In this document: positions 18,403 through 25,452 of the stretch, one piece after another
How the letters are laid out: the number at the start of each line of letters is the position of its first letter
How positions within the stretch are numbered: the first letter of the stretch is position 1
DNA from: Patescibacteria group bacterium
Lineage (GTDB): Bacteria > Patescibacteriota > Patescibacteriia > 2-01-FULL-39-33
NCBI GenBank assembly: GCA_041662745.1
Contig: JBAZRV010000002.1
Location: 90,001 to 122,000 of the forward strand
Reading direction: 5' to 3'
Length of the DNA: 32,000 bases
Notes under the pieces: model-generated
What the model was told of the DNA's origin: nothing
Database searches by the model: none
The model's input: the letters and a program-made list of their open reading frames with translations, nothing else
Program-made: the position numbers and the translations under genes

Positions 18403-19176
18403 CTACAATCCTGACTTGCTTATAATTAAATCCACAAAAGAAGAGATTTTATTACTTAACGCCATGTCATCATTTGTATATTTATCTAAATTTTCATCCG
18501 CAAATATGTAATCTGTTTCATTAAAGTGATTATTAATTCCAACTCTAAGAGGTTTATAAAAATTATGAAAAGATTCTTGAAATCTAAATCTTTCGCTTCC
18601 CTTAGTGCCGACACCCATTAGTCTTCCAGAAAATGGATTATTCTTTTTGAGATTTGAAAGATTGTTCTTAATACTTTTATCGATTTCTATTTGACTAAAA
18701 TGGTAAGATATTTTATTTAGTGGAAAAGCAGAAGATAAACAGTTTCTATTTGAAAAGATTTCTATGCCATTTTCTATGAAGTTATAATCACAAACATATT
18801 CTTCATCTGGAAATGTCTGTCTTTCTTTGTATAATTCTAAATTAGTTGCTGAATTAGAAATATCTTTTTTTAGGATAAGAGATTTAGAAGTAATATCATA
18901 TACGTATATAAGCGTTTTAAATTTTTCTATTTTTCTTTCTCGGCAATCATTTTCAAACAAGAATAGACTAGATTTAACACATATTGGCTTTCTATAATAT
19001 TTATAATCCACAACATACCTAACAAAAGATATGCTTCCTGAATCTATGTTAGTTTTAAACCCACCTACAACATCCACTCTGTTTAACGGAGCTAGTATCT
19101 CAGTAATATTATTGCCAAATAATAAAAAAATAGCCGCTATAGCTATAAGGACTATAATAAAGTAACGTTTTTTCAT
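18403..19176 (-). CDS. Hypothetical protein with N-terminal membrane anchor (AT-rich ORFan)
   Basis: 257 aa continuous ORF with TM (YFIIVLIAIAAIFLLFG); no family recognised; codon usage markedly AT-rich. Confidence 0.6.
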   Translation of the reverse strand: MKKRYFIIVLIAIAAIFLLFGNNITEILAPLNRVDVVGGFKTNIDSGSISFVRYVVDYKYYRKPICVKSSLFLFENDCRERKIEKFKTLIYVYDITSKSLILKKDISNSATNLELYKERQTFPDEEYVCDYNFIENGIEIFSNRNCLSSAFPLNKISYHFSQIEIDKSIKNNLSNLKKNNPFSGRLMGVGTKGSERFRFQESFHNFYKPLRVGINNHFNETDYIFADENLDKYTNDDMALSNKISSFVDLIISKSGL

Positions 19177-19345
19177 AAATTTAGTATTAATAAATAACTT
19201 GTATTTAAAAATGATAAAAATTTTCTTTTACCCTGAATGCGAATTCAGACAAAACCGCCAATTGATTTTTGATTATAAAATTCCGTATGATTTGGTCGCC
19301 GCAAGCGGCGGCCAGACCGAGGGAAATTTGACTTTTATTCGAATG

Positions 19346-19417
19346 TACCGCCACGGGGAATCGAACCCCGATTACAGCCTTGAGAAGGCCGCGTCCTAAC
19401 CATTAGACGATGGCGGC
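19346..19417 (-). tRNA. tRNA-Glu (anticodon CUC)
   Basis: Minus strand GCCGCCATCGTCTAATGGTTAGGACGCGGCCTTCTCAAGGCTGTAATCGGGGTTCGATTCCCCGTGGCGGT: cloverleaf folds, anticodon loop TTCTCAA, GGTTCGATTCC T-arm; CCA not encoded. Confidence 0.95.
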
Positions 19418-19582
19418 AAAGTGTTATTTTTGTGAATTACTGAATTATTATATCACAAATATCTTAAATAATCAAGTCGGCAGATGATTATTACCGGATT
19501 GGCCGATCATATCTCTTGCTTGTTTTCGCCTTGATTTTGATGTAAAATTAACTTAATTAATCCAAACATTTTAATTAATCTT

Positions 19583-21898
19583 ATGAATCTAAAGCAATTT
19601 TTGGCGCCGGCATTAAAAGTTGTAATCTGGGCCTGTTTGGCGGTGGTGCTGTTTTCCGCTTTATACGTCAGTTCCGCTCTGTTTTTCCCCTTTATCACCT
19701 CCAAGACTTTTGCTTTTCAAATTGCCGTAGAGGTAATGTTTTTGGCCTTTTTGTTGCTTTGTTTGGTTGATGACAAATACCATATCCGGCTTAATGTCAC
19801 CGTGCTTTTGCTCCTGCTTTATCTGATAATCTTAACTATCGCCTCGGCTTTTTCCGGCAACGACCTTTATCATTCTTTCTGGTCCAACAACGAGCGTTGC
19901 GACGGCATTCTATTGTTAATTCATTTATTTTTATTTTGCGCCGTCTTGTCGGGTTTTTTCCGCTCTGTCAAAGAATGGCTGTATCTTTTTGACCTGTTCT
20001 TGTTAGCTTCCTTTGCCGTCGCTTTGGTGGCGTTGGATCAATATTTGGCTTTGACCTTCGTCGGCTCTTGGAAGGATCACTTTTTACCCTCGTCAAACGG
20101 CGCGCGTTTGGCCGGAACCATCGGCAATTCCGGTTATGTCGGCGGTTATATGGTGTTTGGGATTTTTATCGCTTTATTCATGGCCTTGAAACGATCGCAG
20201 TGGTGGGCCAAGAGTTTGTATGTCTTAGCGATTATTTTGGAATTGTTCATCGCTGTCCAAACCTTCACTCGCGGCGCTTACCTGGCTTTGGGGCTGGGCG
20301 GATTCATCACCTTGGTTTATCTGGGTTATTTCTATTACAATAAATTGCGGTTGAAGATCGCAACCACGGGTTTAGTCTTAATCGTTTCATTATTTATCGT
20401 TGTCATCTTCGGTTGCGGCAGCGGCAAGATTTTAACCCCGGGTTTTGGGTTTTCTTGGGAGCAAGGATTCCATAAAACCGCCGTCTGCAATAATTTCGCT
20501 TATGCCAATCCGGTTTTAAAAAGAATCAATTCCATTTCCTTGACCGACGTTACCAGCAATAATCGCATCGTGGCTTGGACTATCGGTTTGAAGGGTATCG
20601 CCGCCAGGCCGATCCTGGGTTACGGCCAAGAGAATTTTTATCAAGTTTTTGACAAATATTATACGACTAAAAGTTCCGAACAGTGGTTTGATCGTTGCCA
20701 TAATATGTTTTGCGATCGCGCCGTAACCGGCGGAATTCCGGGTTTGCTGTCCTATCTGGCCGTTCTGTTATTACCCTTCTTCTTTTTGTGGAAATATTAT
20801 TTTAAGGAATACGGCAATAACAAAGAACAGGGGGATGCGGACAGGGATTACAAGAAGTATTTGACGCCGGTTATTTTCAGTATCTTGATTATCGCTTATC
20901 TGATCCAGAATTTTTTCATTTTTGAGGCCTTGGCGATTTACATCCCGCTGATAATCGTGTTGAGTTTCGTCGGCCAGTACAGCCGAAGTTGGAATTTTGA
21001 TTTTTTAGAAAATCATAATTTTAAAGTGGCTCTGGCCGTAATCGTCGGTATTTTGTTTCTGCCGGCGCTTTGGTTTTTCAGCTTGAAACCGTTTTACGCC
21101 AATGCCGATTTTATCAAAGCCCTGACCAGGCCTTGGCCGACCCTGCAAGATAAGATTGATTCCTTTGAAGAAGTTATCGGTCGCGGCACTTTGGGCAACC
21201 AAGAGTATCGCAAGCATTACTTTGATTTTTATGGCAACGAACTGATGAGTTATTTGTCCCAGGCAGCCAACCGCACATCGGACAAAGACCGGCAAATGGC
21301 CAATTGGTCCGATTTGATGGAAAACCAATTCTTAAATCAGTTGAAAGAAAATCCCCATAGCGTTACCAATTGGCTGTTGCTTGAAAGATTTTATAATATT
21401 TCTTATGTTTTCAATGTCAATCGCCTGCAGAAGGCTATCGGCATTGCCGATCAGATGATCGCTCTAAGTCCGGGCAGACCTCAGATATATTACGAAGCCG
21501 GCTCCGCTAATTATTATCTGGGCTGTTTCCTGCTGACTGAAAAAAATAACCCCGTGGAAGCCAAAAAGCAATATCAGCAAGCTTTGACCAGATTTTGGCA
21601 GGGCGCCAAGATCAATAATCAGGTCGGCAACGGCTTTGATCAATTCAGTGATTTTGTCTTATCCATTAAAAATAACGCCCAGATTGCCGATACGTTCGCT
21701 CAAGCCTTGGCTACGGGACCGCTAGACGATATAGCGCCCTTAGAATTAATCAAGCAATTGGCCGAATGGTCCAAGACGCCGGATGATCAGGCAATTATGG
21801 CGCAAAGGGAGGAGAAGCTTAAAACCATGGCCGTTTGGCTAATCGCTTCCCGAGCCGGCAATCCCGAATTAAAACAATACCTGGAAACAATCAAATAA
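19583..21898 (+). CDS. O-antigen ligase/polymerase (Wzy/WaaL-like) family membrane protein with C-terminal TPR-like region
   Basis: Many TM helices, 'GNSGYVGGYMVFGIFIALF', 'TRGAYLALGLGG', 'ILGYGQENFYQVFDKYYTTKSSEQWFDRCHNMFCDRAVTGGIPGLLSYL'. Confidence 0.87.
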   Translation: MNLKQFLAPALKVVIWACLAVVLFSALYVSSALFFPFITSKTFAFQIAVEVMFLAFLLLCLVDDKYHIRLNVTVLLLLLYLIILTIASAFSGNDLYHSFWSNNERCDGILLLIHLFLFCAVLSGFFRSVKEWLYLFDLFLLASFAVALVALDQYLALTFVGSWKDHFLPSSNGARLAGTIGNSGYVGGYMVFGIFIALFMALKRSQWWAKSLYVLAIILELFIAVQTFTRGAYLALGLGGFITLVYLGYFYYNKLRLKIATTGLVLIVSLFIVVIFGCGSGKILTPGFGFSWEQGFHKTAVCNNFAYANPVLKRINSISLTDVTSNNRIVAWTIGLKGIAARPILGYGQENFYQVFDKYYTTKSSEQWFDRCHNMFCDRAVTGGIPGLLSYLAVLLLPFFFLWKYYFKEYGNNKEQGDADRDYKKYLTPVIFSILIIAYLIQNFFIFEALAIYIPLIIVLSFVGQYSRSWNFDFLENHNFKVALAVIVGILFLPALWFFSLKPFYANADFIKALTRPWPTLQDKIDSFEEVIGRGTLGNQEYRKHYFDFYGNELMSYLSQAANRTSDKDRQMANWSDLMENQFLNQLKENPHSVTNWLLLERFYNISYVFNVNRLQKAIGIADQMIALSPGRPQIYYEAGSANYYLGCFLLTEKNNPVEAKKQYQQALTRFWQGAKINNQVGNGFDQFSDFVLSIKNNAQIADTFAQALATGPLDDIAPLELIKQLAEWSKTPDDQAIMAQREEKLKTMAVWLIASRAGNPELKQYLETIK

Positions 21899-21901
21899 TA
21901 T

Positions 21902-21931
21902 AAAAATCCCCGATTTTATTCGGGGATTTTT
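21902..21931. terminator. Bidirectional intrinsic terminator between convergent genes
   Basis: AAAAATCCCCGA-TTTTAT-TCGGGGATTTTT. Confidence 0.88.
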
Positions 21932-21947
21932 TAGTCGGCCGGTTTTT

Positions 21948-23096
21948 TTATTTCCGATACGCTTCAATGGTTTTTTCTATCATTTCTCTTAGGTTGAATT
22001 CTTTTTTTACTTTGATCAGCCCCGCTTCGCCGAATTGCTTTCTTAATTTTTCATCGGCCAACAGCTTTATTTTTTCGGCTAGCCTTTCCGGCGATCGCGG
22101 TTCAATCAGATAACCGGTAACGCCATTGTCAATTATTTCGGGAATGCCGCCGACCTTAGCGGCTATGACGGGCAAGCCGGCCGACATGGCCTCCAGTATG
22201 AAGTAGGGCAGGCCTTCTTTGGTTGACGACATCACGGCCAAGTCAAAAGCTTTCAAGTATCTGGCGGCTTCTTTTTTGTTGCCGGCCAGAATAATGTTAG
22301 CTTCTAATTTTAATCGTTTGATCTGTTGTTCTAATTCCTTCCTTAATTCTCCTTCGCCGATGATTATCAGCTTGTAATCGGCAACCGGCAGGAGACTGAC
22401 AGCGTCAATTAAATAATTCAATCCTTTAGCCGGGTAAAAGTTGGCAATAGTTCCGATTATCAGCTTATCATTATTTTTAGTAACAGTCGCCGAGTCGTCG
22501 GTTTTTAATAATTCGCCCAAAGCCCCTTCTTTAGCCAAAAAATAATCAGCCGGCAGATCTATGCCGTTACGAACGATTATTAATTTTTCAGCCGGAGCGA
22601 TTTTTGCTTTAAGGCCGGCTTGCCGATCAAAATCAGACAGGCAAATGAAATAATCCTTAAAACCGGCAAATGATTTTTCTATCAAAAAATAAAACAGTTT
22701 AGTCAGGGGATTGAGGCTTTCATTAAAAACCCAGCCGTGTACCGTATAAACCACTTTAGCGCGATGGCGGGCTAATTTGGCGGCCAAGGATCCCACCGCT
22801 CCGGCTTTACTGCTGTTTAGATGGACAACATCGGGCCGTTCTTGTTCAATCAGTGTTTTTATCTCTTTGACTGCCAACAAATCATTAATCAAACTGATCC
22901 TTCTCACCAATCTCTTAAGGGGAAGGAATTTTATATTTTCTTCTTGCAATCTTGCTGTTAATTCCCCGACAGACTCTTCCCCGCCGGCCACCGTAACGGC
23001 TATGTTATTATTTTTGGCTAAATTTACAGCAAAAGTATGGACATATTTTTGCGCTCCGCCCCAGGATGATTGAGTGATGATAAATAACGCTTTCAT
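21948..23096 (-). CDS. Glycosyltransferase family 4
   Basis: 382 aa; N-terminal 'ITQSSWGGAQKYVHTFAVNLAKNN', 'VVHLNSSKAGAVGSLAAKLA', C-terminal 'SSTKEGLPYFILEAMSAGLPVIAAKVGGIPEII'. Confidence 0.93.
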   Translation of the reverse strand: MKALFIITQSSWGGAQKYVHTFAVNLAKNNNIAVTVAGGEESVGELTARLQEENIKFLPLKRLVRRISLINDLLAVKEIKTLIEQERPDVVHLNSSKAGAVGSLAAKLARHRAKVVYTVHGWVFNESLNPLTKLFYFLIEKSFAGFKDYFICLSDFDRQAGLKAKIAPAEKLIIVRNGIDLPADYFLAKEGALGELLKTDDSATVTKNNDKLIIGTIANFYPAKGLNYLIDAVSLLPVADYKLIIIGEGELRKELEQQIKRLKLEANIILAGNKKEAARYLKAFDLAVMSSTKEGLPYFILEAMSAGLPVIAAKVGGIPEIIDNGVTGYLIEPRSPERLAEKIKLLADEKLRKQFGEAGLIKVKKEFNLREMIEKTIEAYRK

Positions 23097-23107
23097 AAGT
23101 TGTCGTC

Positions 23108-23137
23108 TTGATTTTTTTAGCTTATTTCTGATATAAT
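23108..23137 (+). promoter_or_regulatory. Putative promoter, copy A of the duplication
   Basis: TTGATT - 18 nt - TATAAT; now drives only a truncated 26-codon ORF (23172-23252). Confidence 0.55.
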
Positions 23138-23171
23138 ATTAAGGTATTAATTGATAATTTACAAGACCGCC

Positions 23172-23252
23172 ATGAACAAATTAATCGGTTTTATCGGCCA
23201 GGGTTGGATCGGCAAAAGTATAGACATATTTTTGCGCTCCGCCCCAGGATGA
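23172..23252 (+). pseudogene. Orphan 5' fragment of the UDP-sugar dehydrogenase gene created by the tandem duplication
   Basis: Reads MNKLIGFIGQGWIGKSIDIFLRSAPG*; first 15 codons match those of the full gene at 23355. Confidence 0.8.
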
Positions 23253-23279
23253 TTGAGTGATGATAAATAACGCTTTCAT
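23181..23279 (-). pseudogene. Orphan 5' fragment of the GT4 gene created by the tandem duplication
   Basis: Reads MKALFIITQSSWGGAQKYVYTFADPTLADKTD*; start matches the intact gene start at 23096 shifted by 183 bp. Confidence 0.75.
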
Positions 23280-23290
23280 AAGTCGTCGTC

Positions 23291-23320
23291 TTGATTTTTT
23301 TAGCTTATTTTTGATATAAT
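23291..23320 (+). promoter_or_regulatory. Putative promoter, copy B, for the intact dehydrogenase gene
   Basis: TTGATT - 18 nt - TATAAT, 34 nt upstream of the ATG at 23355. Confidence 0.6.
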
Positions 23321-23354
23321 ATTAAGGTATTGATTGATAATTTACAAGACCACT

Positions 23355-24206
23355 ATGAACAAATTAATCGGTTTTATCGGCCAGGGTTGGATCGGCAAAA
23401 ATTATGCCGATGACTTTGAAGTTAGAGGTTATCAAGTGATTCGCTATTCTTTGGAAGAACCCTATCTCGCCAACAAGGAAAAAATCAGCGAGTGCGATAT
23501 CGTGTTTATTGCCGTGCCTACTCCTACCACTCAAGCGGGGTTTGATGATTCCATCGTCAGAAGCGCCGTAAAGCTGGTCGGCCAAGGCAAGCTTGCGGTA
23601 ATCAAATCTACGATTCTGCCCGGTACGACAGAGTCAATCCAAGCGGAAAACCCAGGCGTTTATTTGTTTCATTCGCCGGAGTTTCTGTCCGTTTCCACCG
23701 CTTATGACGATTCGCGCCATCCGCAAAGGAATATTGTCGGCCTGCCCATAGATAATGAGGAATATAAAACCAAAGCCCGAGAGGTGATGTCGGTGTTGCC
23801 CCAAGCTGATTTTTCTCTTATTACTTCCGCCAAAGAAGCGGAGTTGTTCAAATATTTACGGAATTGCTTTTTTTACACCAAAGTCGTCTATATGAATATG
23901 CTTTATGATCTGGCTAAGAAACTGGGTTGCCGGTGGGAAGTGTTAAGGGAAATCATGTCCAATGATCCCTGGATCGGCAACATGCATATTGATCCGGTGC
24001 ATAAAAGCGGCCGGGGCGCCGGCGGAGAATGCTTTATTAAGGATTTGGCCGCGCTTAGGCGTTTCCACAAGCAAAATCTGAACGATGAAACGACGGATTG
24101 GGTTTTTTCCGCCTTGGAGAAAAAGAATATTGAATTACTGCTAAAAAGCCAAAAAGATTTGGATTTGCTCAAAGGCGTTTACGGCGAAGATATATTTAAG
24201 AGATAG
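23355..24206 (+). CDS. Short UDP-glucose/GDP-mannose dehydrogenase family protein lacking the C-terminal domain
   Basis: 283 aa; Rossmann 'LIGFIGQGWIGKNYADDFEVRGY', 'CDIVFIAVPTPT', 'ESTILPGTT'-like 'KSTILPGTTE', 'LFHSPEFLSVSTAYDD', central 'AELFKYLRNCFFYTKVVYMNMLYDLA', catalytic-Cys motif 'GAGGECFIKD'. Track start at 23334 is upstream of the conserved start. Confidence 0.87.
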   Translation: MNKLIGFIGQGWIGKNYADDFEVRGYQVIRYSLEEPYLANKEKISECDIVFIAVPTPTTQAGFDDSIVRSAVKLVGQGKLAVIKSTILPGTTESIQAENPGVYLFHSPEFLSVSTAYDDSRHPQRNIVGLPIDNEEYKTKAREVMSVLPQADFSLITSAKEAELFKYLRNCFFYTKVVYMNMLYDLAKKLGCRWEVLREIMSNDPWIGNMHIDPVHKSGRGAGGECFIKDLAALRRFHKQNLNDETTDWVFSALEKKNIELLLKSQKDLDLLKGVYGEDIFKR

Positions 24207-24209
24207 TTT

Positions 24210-24243
24210 GCTATGTAACCTGTTACGTAGCATGCTACGTAAC
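24210..24243. repeat. Compound inverted repeat including a 22 bp perfect palindrome
   Basis: GCTATGTAAC-CT-GTTACGTAGCATGCTACGTAAC; GTTACGTAGCA|TGCTACGTAAC (24222-24243) is a perfect palindrome, and the first arm GCTATGTAAC is a third near-copy. Confidence 0.9.
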
Positions 24244-24253
24244 AATTTATCAC

Positions 24254-25441
24254 ATGCCTGCGGAAAACAAAAAAAGAATCTTGATTTTTTCTTTGGCTTA
24301 CCATCCGTTTGTGGGCGGAGCCGAAGTGGCTATCAAAGAAATTACCGAGCGATTGGGTGAAGATTTTGAATTTGACATGATCACGGCCAACTTGAGTGGC
24401 CATGAGCCGAAGGAGGTTGAGAATTTTAACGGCCTTAACAAAGTTTATCGCCTCGGTTCCGGGAAACTTGATAAATATCGTTTTCCTTGGCTGGCCTATC
24501 GGAAGGCCCTGGAATTGCAACGGCAGAACGATTATGACTTGATTTGGGCGATGATGGCTAATCAAGCGGGCTGGGCGGCTTGGAAATTCAAGCGCCGATT
24601 TCCGCAAATCCCTTATTTATTGACCCTGCAAGAAGGGGACAGCGAGCGGGATATTTGGCTTCGCACTTGGTTTATCCGGCCGCTTTATAAGGCGATTTAC
24701 CGCCGCGCCGATCGGATTCAGGCGATCAGTAATTTTTTGGCCCGGCGCGCCAAGCGTTTGGGCGCGAAGTGTCCGATTGAGGTAGTGCCGAATGGAGTAG
24801 ATCAGTTAAAAATTAATAATGAAGAATTAAGAAATAAAAGTAATAGCATAAAAAGGGTTATCTCAGTTTCAAGGTTGGTTAATAAAAATGGCTTAGAGGA
24901 TTTGATTAAAGCAATTGCGATAGTCAATAAAGACAATGATAAGCCGGTAATTTTAAAAATTATCGGAGAAGGAAGATTAAGAAACGAGTTAGAAAAACTG
25001 ATTAAAAAATTAAAAATAAATGACCGGCCTGTAGTAAAGGAATTAGACAAGGAGGAAATAGTTTTGGCGGGGCAAGTTTCTAATAAGCAGGTGTATCAAT
25101 ATTTATCTCAAGCCGATGTTTTTGTCCGTCCCTCATTGTCCGAAGGTTTGGGTAACGCTTTTCTGGAAGCGATGGCTGCGGGGGTGCCGGTAATCGGCAC
25201 GCCGGTCGGCGGGATTCCTGATTTCTTAAAAGGCGAGGAAGCGGGAGACGGGCAGACCGGTTGGTTCTGCGAAGTGAAAAATCCTGAAAGCATTGCGAAA
25301 AAGATTAGATTGATTTTTGATCCCCAAAATCAGGAATTAGTTAAAGTAGTAACAACTCGGGCTAAAAAGTTGGTGGAAGAAGAATACGATTGGGATGCAA
25401 TCACTAGTAAGATAGATAAAATTTTTACACAATTATTATAA
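24254..25441 (+). CDS. Glycosyltransferase family 4
   Basis: 395 aa; 'YHPFVGGAEVAIKEITERL', 'ADRIQAISNFLARRAKRLG', 'VRPSLSEGLGNAFLEAMAAGVPVIGTPVGGIPDFL'. Confidence 0.94.
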   Translation: MPAENKKRILIFSLAYHPFVGGAEVAIKEITERLGEDFEFDMITANLSGHEPKEVENFNGLNKVYRLGSGKLDKYRFPWLAYRKALELQRQNDYDLIWAMMANQAGWAAWKFKRRFPQIPYLLTLQEGDSERDIWLRTWFIRPLYKAIYRRADRIQAISNFLARRAKRLGAKCPIEVVPNGVDQLKINNEELRNKSNSIKRVISVSRLVNKNGLEDLIKAIAIVNKDNDKPVILKIIGEGRLRNELEKLIKKLKINDRPVVKELDKEEIVLAGQVSNKQVYQYLSQADVFVRPSLSEGLGNAFLEAMAAGVPVIGTPVGGIPDFLKGEEAGDGQTGWFCEVKNPESIAKKIRLIFDPQNQELVKVVTTRAKKLVEEEYDWDAITSKIDKIFTQLL

Positions 25442-25452
25442 ACTCTAAATTT

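Larger units (their letters stand above)
23031..23400. repeat. Tandem duplication, period exactly 183 bp, two diverged copies (23031-23217 and 23214-23400 including 4 bp AAAA junction overlap)
   Basis: Copy-to-copy alignment by eye: same sequence except about seven substitutions (e.g. GTATGG/GTATAG, AAGTTGTC/AAGTCGTC, TTTCTGA/TTTTTGA, ATTAATTG/ATTGATTG, CCGCCATG/CCACTATG), no indels. Confidence 0.92.

Noticed and set aside
19199-19399. Plus-strand ORF of 66 aa
   Set aside because: Runs antisense through the tRNA-Glu gene; not credible as coding.
23181-23279. Overlapping mini-ORFs as functional small proteins or a toxin-antitoxin pair
   Set aside because: Both are explained exactly by the 183 bp duplication cutting the two flanking genes; kept as gene fragments, not new genes.
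24179-24607. Minus-strand 142 aa ORF (MRKSALEFPSRPARLISHHRPNQVIIV...)
   Set aside because: Antisense to a well-supported GT4 gene and passes through the palindrome, giving the odd NCYVACYVTGY tail.
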